Origin: Candidatus Bathyarchaeota archaeon
GTDB lineage: Archaea > Thermoproteota > Bathyarchaeia > 40CM-2-53-6
Reading direction: 5' to 3'
DNA: 64,000 nt
NCBI GenBank assembly: GCA_963706285.1
Contig: CAVPLU010000010.1
Coordinates: 128,001-192,000 of the forward strand
The position numbers and the translations under genes were made by a program. Each line of letters starts with the position of its first letter. The stretch's first letter is position 1. This document shows positions 11,731 to 21,776 of the stretch, piece by piece. The notes under the pieces are model-generated. The model worked only from the letters and a program-made list of their open reading frames with translations. It made no database searches and was not told the origin of the DNA.

Positions 11731-11878
11731 GTCAGTTCAAATTCAGGCGCTCGCACCACGATACACACACAAATCAACTCCAATGACGGTTCAATTTACG
11801 ACGCCCGCACCAAGCGTACCGCGACGACGAAAAACGCCCCTGCTCTCCTATGAGGGTTCAAACTTGAATGCCCCACCA
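11731..11878 (+). repeat. Three tandem tRNA-3'-end-like motifs (T-loop ... ACCA), probable attachment-site scars
   Basis: GTCAG-TTCAAAT-TCAGG-CGCTCGC-ACCA (11731), GACGG-TTCAATT-TACGA-CGCCCGC-ACCA (11785), GAGGG-TTCAAAC-TTGAA-TGCCCC-ACCA (11852). Confidence 0.55.
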
Positions 11879-11939
11879 AGAAGCACAACGACGTTTCTTC
11901 CATGGCAAACGACAAATCAAGGGTCAGCGCTTCAGAAAT

Positions 11940-12647
11940 ATGGGACTTGCATTGCACAGTCTGCGGAAGATTGGGGGCATCCCTTTTGTTATTATAATAA
12001 ATGCGATCTACGTTCTCGGGAAGTATTGTCATCTCTGCTCTGGGCTCTTTCTCGCCACGACTTTTCTTGTTGCATCAGTTCTTGGCCTAGCAATGGGATT
12101 TGCCTATTTTGCGACTAGCTATTCCAGCAGGAGAGGGGCGGAGCCCAAACCACTGGCCGATTCCAAGAATACAGTGCTGAATCCGGGGAGATTGTCAGAG
12201 AATCATCATTAGGGCGGCGCTTACAAGCACGGAGTCTTTAGGCAGCGTCCTAGTACTGACGATTCCATTCAGATCGGCTTTGGGCTTCAAACGAAGTATC
12301 TCTTCTATTGGAACAGTCTCGGTGGAATGTCGTTTTTGCCAGGCGTATTCGCGTTTGTCGAAGGCAATTTAAGGGCGAGGTAAACGCGTGTCGGGATGGA
12401 CTGGGACGTGGAAACATGAATTCGTGCTAATGCTTGAGTTCCTTAGGACTTTCATGTGGGGAATACTCGCTTTGGTCGTTGGAGGCTTGCCCGTCAAGTA
12501 TGGAATGGTCTATCCCTATTGGCAGGAGAGTTGTTCTTCGTGGGATATCTGGTTCTGGGATACGGAGCGCTCGTGCTTCTTCCTGTTACGGCCGCGCTAT
12601 TCGAGTTGATTCCGAAAATTCGGGAGTCGGAAACAGGTTTCGGGTGA
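11940..12647 (+). pseudogene. Fragmented multi-TM membrane protein
   Basis: Successive hydrophobic segments in different frames (ORFs 11868, 12388, 12456). Confidence 0.4.
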
Positions 12648-13072
12648 ACTAGGTTGATTCCGATTGACGACCAACCTGCAAGATCCACGAATTCACGATT
12701 GAGTTGATACGAAATTTCTGATTGATACTCTTCTCACAGATGTCCCTTACCCAAATTTGGGCTCCATGGAAAGGCGTTCGTCGTCGTCGCGCACCAAGTG
12801 TACCACACACAAGGCCAAGAACGACAGACGCGCAACAGTTCAAATTGTGACGATCGCACGAAGGGACGCACGCGATCGGGGTTCTGGCGATTATACGTTG
12901 TTCCCCATGCGGAACACAAGAGGCTTCCTCATCGCGTAGCAAAATGGAAAAGATACGCAATGGACCACGGGACAAAGAGAACGCTGTCCGAGTCTGTGAA
13001 GGTTCTTATTAGCTGAATTCTAGCCTTCTCAACGGAACGCCTTGTCGCGCCGTAATTGGTTTCTGGGGGCCA

Positions 13073-13641
13073 TTGCTGTTCTGCTCGTCGGTTGGAAGAG
13101 ATGCAGATTTCCGAAAATCGATTAGAGTTGAAACGACTGTCTTTGGTTATGGTAGTTTTACTATTTGGCGTCTCTTGGTGCTTTCATTTCCCGACATTAC
13201 GAGTTCGGTGGGCTCCGGCGGGTTTGGGTTTGAGCGAGAGGTAGATGAGCTGACTCGGAAACTCGGTACTGCTACATCGTTGCTCAAAGACTCCTGGGTC
13301 CTAGTGAAAGAGCAGAGACAGCTGAAGGCACGACAGAACTTGTACATGAACCAGACCCCCGTGGTGTATTGTTTACGATACTAGTAGAAATTGAACGTGC
13401 AATGGCAAAGATTGGCTGGGATGCGCAGAAGCCTGTACAACGGCGCATGGGTTTCGGCAATTTGATTCGATTACTATCATCGAAGGGGATATTGGTACGA
13501 GATCTCCAAGAAGCCCTAGAATTTCTGAGGAACATTAGGAATTCTGCGTTCCACGGGGAGTACGCTGACCGAAAGTCAGACAGGAGCCGCGCTGGATCTC
13601 GCGACTGTTGTTATTGGGAGATTAGAAGCAAAAGAGGCTGA
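13073..13641 (+). CDS. TM-anchored protein with C-terminal HEPN-like motif, frameshifted
   Basis: N-terminal hydrophobic helix, then EIERAM...LIRLLSSKGIL..LRNIRNSAFHG (RxxxxH). Confidence 0.5.
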
Positions 13642-13668
13642 AGGGGCAAGACCATAGTTACACGTGGA

Positions 13669-13870
13669 CTATAACATTTTTAGTTCTTCAAGTACCTTCT
13701 GTAATTTTAGCCTTACGTCATACCGGACAGGGATACTTGTATTTTCCCTTCCTCAGGGGAGACTTGCGTTTGGTTTTTCCATGTGACGAGAGGACATCGG
13801 CGATCCAACTCGGACTTGACATGTTTTCCATATTTCTTCTTGTAAAGATCAGGTGCTTCTGATATGTCAT
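13669..13870 (-). CDS. Small basic protein (about 65 aa), frameshifted
   Basis: Joining frames gives MTYQK..LYKKKYGKHVK..WIADVLSSHGKTKRKSPLRKGKYKYPCP.DVRLKLQKVLEELKML; recalled as a small family also seen as a C-terminal extension of some RNA methyltransferases. Confidence 0.45.
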
Positions 13871-14029
13871 GGCGTCAAACGGTCAAGTGTGCGGATTAGA
13901 ATTAGCTTGCCGAAGTCGTCCGGCAAATGGGTTTTCTAACGTGCTGAGTCTGTAATAGCATAGCCGCAACCCGAATAATATTGGGGCTGGGGGAATCGGT
14001 TCTATTTCGGGGGCTAACCGATTTTAGCC

Positions 14030-15066
14030 TGAAGGCGCAGCATATGGTTCGAGATTCCTAATGTTTGACAAGGTCGTACGTTAGAGATCTTCTCTTCCTC
14101 TGTGATCGAGTAAGACCTGGCTATTCTCAACAGATAGGAGTTTGTCGGATAGCTTCTTTGAATGCCCAGTCGTCAATCTTGTTGGATTCGTGCGCGCTAG
14201 CCACGCGTGATTCCGGATGCAACCGGGAATTTGTGGCTTCGATCACATAATTCCGGTGGTCCAAGAGAGGCTTCAGATACTTCAAATCGTTTGCGTCCGT
14301 TAGTTTCGTCATGGTTCGGTGCTGTCTAACAACAGAGCACATCCAGCAGCCAAATCTCATGTCATTGAAATTGCGATAGATTTCTACAGGTTCAGCGTTG
14401 GATAACCTTTCGCAGGCAGAACAAATCTCAAAAAGTCACAGAAATCACGTCTGCAACAATCCTACAATCGGCAGCGGCAAAAGATGATGCCATAGCGCTT
14501 TGCTCTGCCAAAACCAGACGCCCTGACGAGTTGGCTCGCATCAACGCAGTGCATGACAAACTCGAAGCTGTCTGTCTCGTTGTTTTAGACTCTCGGAGCA
14601 ATCTGACGCCAGTCAGGACACAAGTTCTTCTTGGATCTTCCTGTCCCATGAACCTTCCTTGACGGAAGTAATTTTCAAACGCCTAGTGCACGCAGCGGAA
14701 TCGCTGATGCGGAGGTGGATATCGCTTTCCCGAGCAGAAGGAACCAAAATCCTTCTCTGACATCTGGCCTAACAATGTCCTGCACTTCTTTCGGGGAAGC
14801 TGTTCGGCATGTGCGATATTGCTGAGCCGTTGAAGGATTGGAGAGCATGCGTCTTGTAGGATAGGTAATTTCCAACAAAGTATCGCAGTAGATTGTTTCC
14901 ACCGATCCGTATTCAGCTCTCCAGATCTGACTAATTTAGGGGAGAGCCACTGTCGCGGTGCGTATTGCGTGCAAGAAAGGCAATTACCGATTTGTCTATC
15001 CCTTTAGAAAGTAGGCGCTTTAGGGACGACCGTGATTCCTCGAATCTTGAATCAAGTTTAGAACAT
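14030..15066 (-). CDS. DndC-like PAPS-reductase-family sulfurtransferase (DNA phosphorothioation type), heavily frameshifted
   Basis: Motifs in order across frames: VIAF-[garbled SGGKDS position]-TATVAL, YCDTLLE, FWFLLLGKGYPPPHQRFRWCTRRLKI, LTGVR..ES, RFGCWMCSVV; 3' end approximate. Confidence 0.7.
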
Positions 15067-15332
15067 AGCCAGCGCTCGTATCAGCATTGACTGGATGAGC
15101 TCTGGACAGCAGTCTAGCAGGCAATGCGCGCGAATCGCGGTCGCCGGGGACATACAAGGACAATGGGCCAGCGAGCTCGTTAAGGATCCTCTTAGAACTC
15201 CCTCTTGGAATGAGTGATATCCGAACAGTAGAGTCGAAACGTATTCAAAAATAGCCCTCGGAGGGTGTAGGCTTGTCTTGAATTTGCTCTGACACGGTCT
15301 GTCAGTCAAAGCCGAGGATCAGTTGAGGTGAC

Positions 15333-16071
15333 ATGCAAGGATATTTCTCGGTTTTATCAAGGTCTTACAAGCTCCACTCGGCAGGCCTAATATGATTGGA
15401 TTGCAGTCTGAGCGAATTCAACTGCTGCTGGGCGGGATCCCATTGGTCTGCAAGTGTGGAGTGATTGTCACCAACCTCCCACGTCTGGAGTTATCGATGC
15501 CATTGCAAGTCTCGCGCTGTGCCATAGTTAGCTTGAATGGAATGCAGTTCGAGTGATGCCGACAGAGGGCGTATGGTAAGAAGCGCAGAGTGTGGAGCGT
15601 GCTCTTGTCGATGCCTACCGCGCCCTTCGCTTTTTCAAGAAGGTTAAAAGATTATGGAATTCTGCGGTTAGACGCATTGGTCAAACCAGAGATTCAAAGT
15701 AATGTCCCGGAGTCCAGCGCTTGCTTAGAGGAAGGTACCATCGCTCTAAACGGCAGGGCATTTCGGGGAGCCGCTGTAATGGCCCGAGCGGCGCTCGAAG
15801 TTTGCCTAGAGTGGGGGGATTCACAAAACAAAACTTGGCGGCAGCAGAGATGATGCTGTTACGGCGAAAGCACTAACGGCTTATGACAAGATAAAAGCGA
15901 GCAATTCGCGCCTAATTGGCAATTTTGGTGCCCATGGAACGTGTGCGTCATATGCTCCTGGAGATGGTTTAGAATGAAGAGAGCGAGGCAAAGTTCTCTC
16001 TTGAACTCTCCAGTCAACTAGTGCAGATCCTCATAAAGTGGAAGACATCCAAAGTCGGTGTTCCCTCATAA
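15333..16071 (+). CDS. DUF4145 (HEPN-like) protein, frameshifted
   Basis: EGTIAL..AFRGAAVMARAALEVCLE followed in another frame by RLIGNFGAHG (about 15908-15938); start approximate. Confidence 0.6.
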
Positions 16072-16122
16072 TGCACTCCAAGCAGGGTTCGATCAAAATC
16101 GTGGAAGATGCAGATTCAGAAT

Positions 16123-17413
16123 ATGCTGGGCAATCCAGATCGAGCCGAAATATACTCCATACCCGATGAAGGTTTCAGGAAAGGTTGTAAAACAGATAAG
16201 CACCGGTTATCCTTATCGTTCACGTGGAAACGTTCTGATAGAACTCGTAAGTAATTCGTTTGTGCGGATGCATCATTTGCGGCAATCAATACGAATCCTC
16301 CGAATTTCAAGTCATTCTCAATATTCGACGATGGTCAAGGCATGTCCGCAACCGAGTTTACGATAAGGATGCAACGGATTGGTGCTAGCGAAAAACTTCC
16401 GGTAGAAGTGACACCAAAAGGACGACCCATCATTGGTAGGATAGGGATAAGGTCGACGAGCAGTTGGCCATGTTTCACAAAGATTTCGCGTCATTTCAGC
16501 ACGGGCCCAAGATGAACAAGGGTTTGAAGCCAAGGTAGATATGAGTCGTCTCTTTGGAGTCGGAGCCGAGTCACTCCCCATGGAAGAGCTTACCGCTGGC
16601 ACGGTCCAGGTTCGAATGTATAGGAAACCCAAAGACGAGCAATACACATTAGTCGAAGTTGAAAGCACATCGAACGTGTTTAGACAACTACTGGCTGAAA
16701 AACACAAAAAACGCTATAGGGGGTTTGAAAAGAAGCCCCCTGCATCAATACATGGACTTTGTCAATTTCGTTCAGCACAAAGCAAAACGAATTTCTCAGC
16801 TATCCGGCTCACGATCAAACCCTATGGGAACTTGGGCTTCTGACACCAGTTCCGTACCTTGAAGGGGAGCCTGTCCGAAATGATTCAGAAATGATCTCCT
16901 CATTAGAGAAACGGCTTCTATCCTATCAATTCAGTTTATACATTGATGATGTTGAAATCAGGAAACCAATCATGCTTCCTCCCTCAACAGGAGAAGTACA
17001 CGATTACGGTGTTTACCCAATACGGATAAATGAAGAAAGTGAGGAGGGCCCGATTGAGGCTACAGGATATCTCTACCATCAAAATGTGCGTGTGGTCCCT
17101 GCAGAGCTGAGAGGGCTCCTTCCACGAATGAAAAATGTTGGAATTGGGTTACCATATCTCAACGTATTTAGGATTCTGCACGAGAGTCCGATCATAACCT
17201 TCAAGTTTGTGGCGAACTATACATCGATAAAGGCTGGATGATGGACTAAACTCGATCGAAACAGTTTCTTTCAGGCATCACCGTCATTTCAGAAACTGAA
17301 AGAAGCGCTCGAGAGAATATTGCGAGAAGAGAAGATTACTGCAAACATGAAACGACGACAAAGAGAAAGTAGAGCCAGCAGGAACACATGTCACGAGACT
17401 AGGGCCCTTGTAG
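16123..17413 (+). CDS. GHKL/MORC-like ATPase, frameshifted
   Basis: ISTG.YRS..VLIELVSNSF(D)ADA (motif I), DDGQGMS (motif II), RIGASEK..TPKGRPIIGRIGIG (motif III), C-terminal GELYID..LD..DRNSF. Confidence 0.7.
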
Positions 17414-17799
17414 CTTACGAGAGCCGCGGTGGAATTTGAATCGCCTTTCTCGTAGCGTGAACGTCGAATTATCACTGTCTCATGACATGCCCAAGAACCA
17501 GCGGCTCAAATGCCCGAAGGCGTAGCTTGTATTTCGAGCTTTCAAGGAAGAGCGGGGACGCAAAGGCCGCGTTTTACAGACTCCTTCAAGGTTTCCTTGG
17601 CGATCACCTAAAGAAGAATGAGTAGAAAGCCTTGACAGGTTCTGAAGAATTGTAGGCAGACGTTTACTTGCGGTGCACTCCCAGCGGACTAACGCTCCAA
17701 TCGCTCGATTAGTGGTTATGTCGAGTCGTAGACAGCGCGTAGAGGGGTATGACAAATCTCTAACTTGTCATCCCTCACCTGACGCGAAGATGGAGTACA

Positions 17800-18170
17800 A
17801 CGATTGAACCGTGTGATCCAAGCCTGGTGAAAGTCTAGGTTCATGAACTTCGACAGTCGTTTGATCTCTTCGAAGTCTTCCATTCCGACCTTTGTTCGTC
17901 CGCAGTACAGCGCGTGAGCTTGAACCAAAGCCCTCAACTGCTTGTTCTGAACCCTGTACTGAACGGTCGTCTCCGCTGTGGCAAAGCTTCTATTCTTCTG
18001 GCGATCTTGCCCGGAATCTCAACTTGCGTTCGTTTCCCTGTAATGATCTCAATCATCTTAGCTGGGAAGTCCTTGCGGATGTGTTCATGTATTCTCAGCT
18101 TCGTCGCTTCTGCGACGATGATGCTTCTGCCTGCGAATCCAATGCCTTTCCAATACTTCTCGCAGCCGCA
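17800..18170 (-). pseudogene. C-terminal remnant of an MCM/AAA+-like ATPase
   Basis: YWKGIGFAGR...GFRT..QLRALVQAHALYCGRTKVGMEDFEEIKRL resembles an AAA+ arginine finger, sensor-2 and lid helices; no Walker A seen. Confidence 0.4.
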
Positions 18171-18400
18171 TGGGGCGTCAGAGAGACTTGGTCTAACAAC
18201 TGTAGGCTCGCCGATGCTGTGTACTCAGGAGTTCACTTTCTAGATGTGCCACCGTCCCTGAAATCATGTGTGTGCAAAGCTCACAATCGTGGATACGCTT
18301 GGATCGAAACTGTCAAGCTAGAAGTGTGAGTAACTTGCGTCAGAATGCTTTTTCAATTCTTTTGTAATACTGTCGTGGCTCTTCATGGAGAAGATCTGAA

Positions 18401-19231
18401 ATGGATGCGCTTGTGACTGCTGGAGGAATCCCAGATCCGAATGAGTCTCTCTACGAGTACACTCAGGGGAAGCCAAAGGCGATGTTAGACATTTGCGGTA
18501 AGCCGATGGTACAGTGGGTGTTGAACGCTCTGGAAGGGGCCAAAACCGTAGATCGGATTGTCGTAGCCGGTTTGCCGCCGGACAACGGGGTGAGTTGTTC
18601 CAAGCCAAGCGCGTTTGTTCCCAACCAGGGAGGCCTCTTACAGAATGTCCGCGCAGGATTGAGAAGGCTCTTAGAAATCAACCCAACAGCTCACCACGTG
18701 CTTCTCGTGGCATCTGACATCCCCGCAATCACGTGCGACATGGTTGATTGGGTAGTAACCACCGCCATGAAGAATGATGAAGACGTGTTCTACAGCATAA
18801 TCGCGCGTCAGGTAATGGAGGCTCGCTTTCCGGGCTCTAAACGCTCCTTTCCATTTGAGTCCACCCATTTGCTGGGCAACTGCGGAGGCCAAATGCACGT
18901 AATCCGTATCACGATACTCAATGAAAACGACGAATTGTTGGAACGAATTGTGGCCGCGCGTAAGAGCACCTTGAAGAAGGCCGCTTTGATCCGCGACTAT
19001 TTCGGTTACAGTGGCTTAGTCTCAGTATTGCTTTCAACAGTTGATCTAGACGGAGCGGTCGAGAAAGTAACCAAACGTTTGCAGATGACCGGGAGGGCGG
19101 TTCTCTGTCCGTATGCAGAAGTTGGAATGGATGTGGATAAACCGCACCAACTTGAAATTGTACGAGCGGAGTTGGCACGGCGAGTATCTTCACGAGAGGG
19201 TGTATTGCAGACTTCAGCGCCAACCGTGTAG
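18401..19231 (+). CDS. MobA-like NTP transferase domain protein
   Basis: ALVTAGG, PKAMLDICGKPMVQWV, ASDIP, EVGMDVDKP. Confidence 0.85.
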   Translation: MDALVTAGGIPDPNESLYEYTQGKPKAMLDICGKPMVQWVLNALEGAKTVDRIVVAGLPPDNGVSCSKPSAFVPNQGGLLQNVRAGLRRLLEINPTAHHVLLVASDIPAITCDMVDWVVTTAMKNDEDVFYSIIARQVMEARFPGSKRSFPFESTHLLGNCGGQMHVIRITILNENDELLERIVAARKSTLKKAALIRDYFGYSGLVSVLLSTVDLDGAVEKVTKRLQMTGRAVLCPYAEVGMDVDKPHQLEIVRAELARRVSSREGVLQTSAPTV

Positions 19232-19264
19232 CCCGATTTAATAGCGCACTAGTTCTTCACTTCT

Positions 19265-19621
19265 ATGATCGCAATGAGCCACTACAATTGGAGCAAGATC
19301 CCCGCAGAGAAGATAACCGATAAACTATCACGCAAGTTCATCTCCGGCAAGAGTATAACGCTCGCCCAATTCTCCTTCAAGAAGGATTGCACCGTTGTCG
19401 CGCATAGTCACAAGAGTGAGCAGATGACCTGCGTACTCAAAGGCGTTCTAAGGCTGCGTCTCCCCGACAGAGAAGTGACGCTAGGTGAGGGTGAGGTTCT
19501 TCACATCCCACCCGGAATCGAGCACAGTGCAGTAGCTCTAGAAGACACTTTAGTTCTGGATGTCTTCAGCCCGGTAAGAGAGGATTGGCTCAGCGGAGAA
19601 GATGCCTATCTCCGCAAATAG
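19265..19621 (+). CDS. Cupin domain protein
   Basis: HSHKSEQ..IPPGIEHS..DVFSPVREDW. Confidence 0.9.
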   Translation: MIAMSHYNWSKIPAEKITDKLSRKFISGKSITLAQFSFKKDCTVVAHSHKSEQMTCVLKGVLRLRLPDREVTLGEGEVLHIPPGIEHSAVALEDTLVLDVFSPVREDWLSGEDAYLRK

Positions 19622-19847
19622 GCCACAATTGCTCTAAGCAGGCTGCGGGTCTCACTCCGATTGTTGGCGGACACGGTGAAGATACCGGTGCGAGGCACGA
19701 CCGAGTCGACTGAGCGCCCGATTTGCTCGAGCAGATTTCGGCAGGGCAGCAGCCACCCGCGTAATAGCTCACCGTGTGCGTCACGCTTAGTGTGCAGCAC
19801 GGAATACCTGCCCAAATCGCGGCCTATTCATGCGAGCCCGTGAACCG

Positions 19848-20657
19848 CTACTTATTCTCTTGATCCGTCTTTGCCTGCTTCTGTGTCTGAGCGAAGCCAA
19901 CTGTTCCTAGTACGCCGCTGAATCCCATTTGGCTGACGATCTCGCTTGGGACGATGATGAATGTGCCCTTCTCCTTTACGGCTTCGTAGAGCATGTTCAT
20001 GGCTCGGAGTCGCATGGCTTCAGGATTTTTCTCGTAGACTCTGCTTGCTTCCTCGAACTTCTTAGAGATCTGTATCTCACTGTCACCCAGTGAGATTCTG
20101 GCTAGTCGTTCGCGTTCAGCTTGGGCTTGCCTGCTCATAGCGTCCTCTAGTGCGGTCGGTATCTTCACATCCTTGATTTCCACGGACTGCACTTCGATGC
20201 CCCAAGGTTCTGCCTTGCTCTCTATCGTTTTCTGTAGGATGGTGTCCAGCTGCAGCCTATCTGAGAGCATCGTCGCAAGTTCAGTTCTACCGATCGTGTC
20301 ACGAAGAGTGGTCATGGATGCTTTCAGTATGCTTCCTTGATAGTCCTGAACCGCCATTATGGTGTCCGAAGGGGTCTTGACACGCCAGAAGAGCACGGCG
20401 TCAACGAAGACGGGCACGTTATCTCTTGTCAACGACTGTTCAGCTGTGAATGTGGTTGTTCTGACACGTCCGTCAACGATTATGCGGTTCTCTATGAGAG
20501 GGATCAAATAGTATAGGCCGGCACCGTTCATTCTACTGTATTTACCTAATCGGAATATTACTGCGGTATCCCATTGACTATTGATCTTGATACCCGACAG
20601 AATCAAGAGTGCTACTATCAGCAGAACAAAGGGCGTAATGAAATCGGTCCAAACCAT
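19848..20657 (-). CDS. SPFH/band-7 (stomatin/slipin) protein
   Basis: N-terminal TM, VIFRLGK, LTRDNVPVFVDAV, WGIEVQSVEIKDV, AMSRQAQAERE. Confidence 0.92.
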   Translation of the reverse strand: MVWTDFITPFVLLIVALLILSGIKINSQWDTAVIFRLGKYSRMNGAGLYYLIPLIENRIIVDGRVRTTTFTAEQSLTRDNVPVFVDAVLFWRVKTPSDTIMAVQDYQGSILKASMTTLRDTIGRTELATMLSDRLQLDTILQKTIESKAEPWGIEVQSVEIKDVKIPTALEDAMSRQAQAERERLARISLGDSEIQISKKFEEASRVYEKNPEAMRLRAMNMLYEAVKEKGTFIIVPSEIVSQMGFSGVLGTVGFAQTQKQAKTDQENK

Positions 20658-20809
20658 ATCTTGTCGCCGCTCTTCTGACCATTACCGCGAGATATAGGTC
20701 ATTTCTAAGGTCTCTAGGGTTTCTTGGATCATCCAATCCATCCCAGGGATTGTCCTGTCAATTCTTGATTGCTCTATTCAAGGGATGAAGCGCATGCGTC
20801 TTTTCGACA

Positions 20810-21766
20810 CTAGTCTACATCCTGTCGTATACGTCGCACGAATGAATCAACAGACTCGGCAAAGGTTTCGCTTTGAATCTGTTTTCGTTTGACAATCAGG
20901 GATTCAACAACATTACAGCTCATCTTGGTGAGCTTACGCGTGAGGCTAGCTAGGAATCTTTGTTCGTCGAATCCTCCGCAACTCATGAACAGATAGAATC
21001 TGGGCTTATCGATGTTCCTCATCTTGTGAATGAATCTGTTGAGAGGTGGACAGCTTAAAGTCCACTTGGGAAACCCCAACAGAACCGCGTCATACTTGGA
21101 CAGGTCCATTTCCGCACCTGCTATGTCGACCTCAGAATTTGGGACGAATGAATATGCAAGCCAGTGAAGATACGATCTCTTGCGTGTCGGCACAATTTCC
21201 ACCGTCTCGACATCGTATCCTTGCAGCCTTTCCAACAAAGCTTCAGCGATGCGCTTGGTATCGCCTGTGTACGAGAAATACGCGACTAACAGTCTCGTCT
21301 GTCGTTTGAGGCTCACCTGCTTAGTCAACAAGAGTCTGTCGTCCCCGTTTGGAAACCAGTTCTTGTCAATCCGAGTGTCCGAGAATCCCATGGCGTGATA
21401 GAAACTTCGAGTTCTAGCATACGGCTCGTATTCTTCCGTGGGCGCAAGGGTCGACACTTGGAGCGATTGAATCCTCTGCTTTGCTAGCTCTTCCTCAATC
21501 GCTTCTACGAGTGCTCGACCTACGCCTTTTCGATGGATCTCCGGACGGACCGCAATCCAAGTCAGCTCCGCCGTCCTATCTTTGTCAGTCTGAAGATAGG
21601 TTGCAAAACCGACAACTTTCTTTTCTATTGCGACAAATCCATCTTGAGTTCGAACAGCTCGCGCAATCTCTTCTAATGCAGATTCGGTGAACCATTTCGG
21701 GTGGAGTGACCGTGCTATCTCCGCGATTGGCTCGTAATCCTCTGGGAGGATTCGCCTGGTCCGCAA
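20810..21766 (-). CDS. GNAT acetyltransferase fused to a flavodoxin-like domain
   Basis: WIAVRPEIHRKGVGRAL and FYHAMGF, followed by AYFSYTGDTKRIA and YDAVLLGFPKW. Confidence 0.75.
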   Translation of the reverse strand: MRTRRILPEDYEPIAEIARSLHPKWFTESALEEIARAVRTQDGFVAIEKKVVGFATYLQTDKDRTAELTWIAVRPEIHRKGVGRALVEAIEEELAKQRIQSLQVSTLAPTEEYEPYARTRSFYHAMGFSDTRIDKNWFPNGDDRLLLTKQVSLKRQTRLLVAYFSYTGDTKRIAEALLERLQGYDVETVEIVPTRKRSYLHWLAYSFVPNSEVDIAGAEMDLSKYDAVLLGFPKWTLSCPPLNRFIHKMRNIDKPRFYLFMSCGGFDEQRFLASLTRKLTKMSCNVVESLIVKRKQIQSETFAESVDSFVRRIRQDVD

Positions 21767-21776
21767 AATCGGTGTC

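Larger units (their letters stand above)
11730..18350. mobile_element. Degraded genomic/defence island
   Basis: Housekeeping genes stop abruptly; AT-richer fragmented ORFs; tRNA-like scars at the left edge; defence-type cargo and an AAA+ remnant; no integrase seen; boundaries approximate. Confidence 0.6.

Noticed and set aside
11731-11878. CRISPR array
   Set aside because: Only three degenerate units with variable cores and unequal spacing, tRNA-like rather than CRISPR-like, and no cas genes in the window.
12740-13016. IS1/InsA-like transposase N-terminal remnant (CPLPKFGLHGK...RQ...GFWRL)
   Set aside because: The resemblance is partial, the cysteine pairs are incomplete, and no terminal inverted repeats or catalytic domain are visible.
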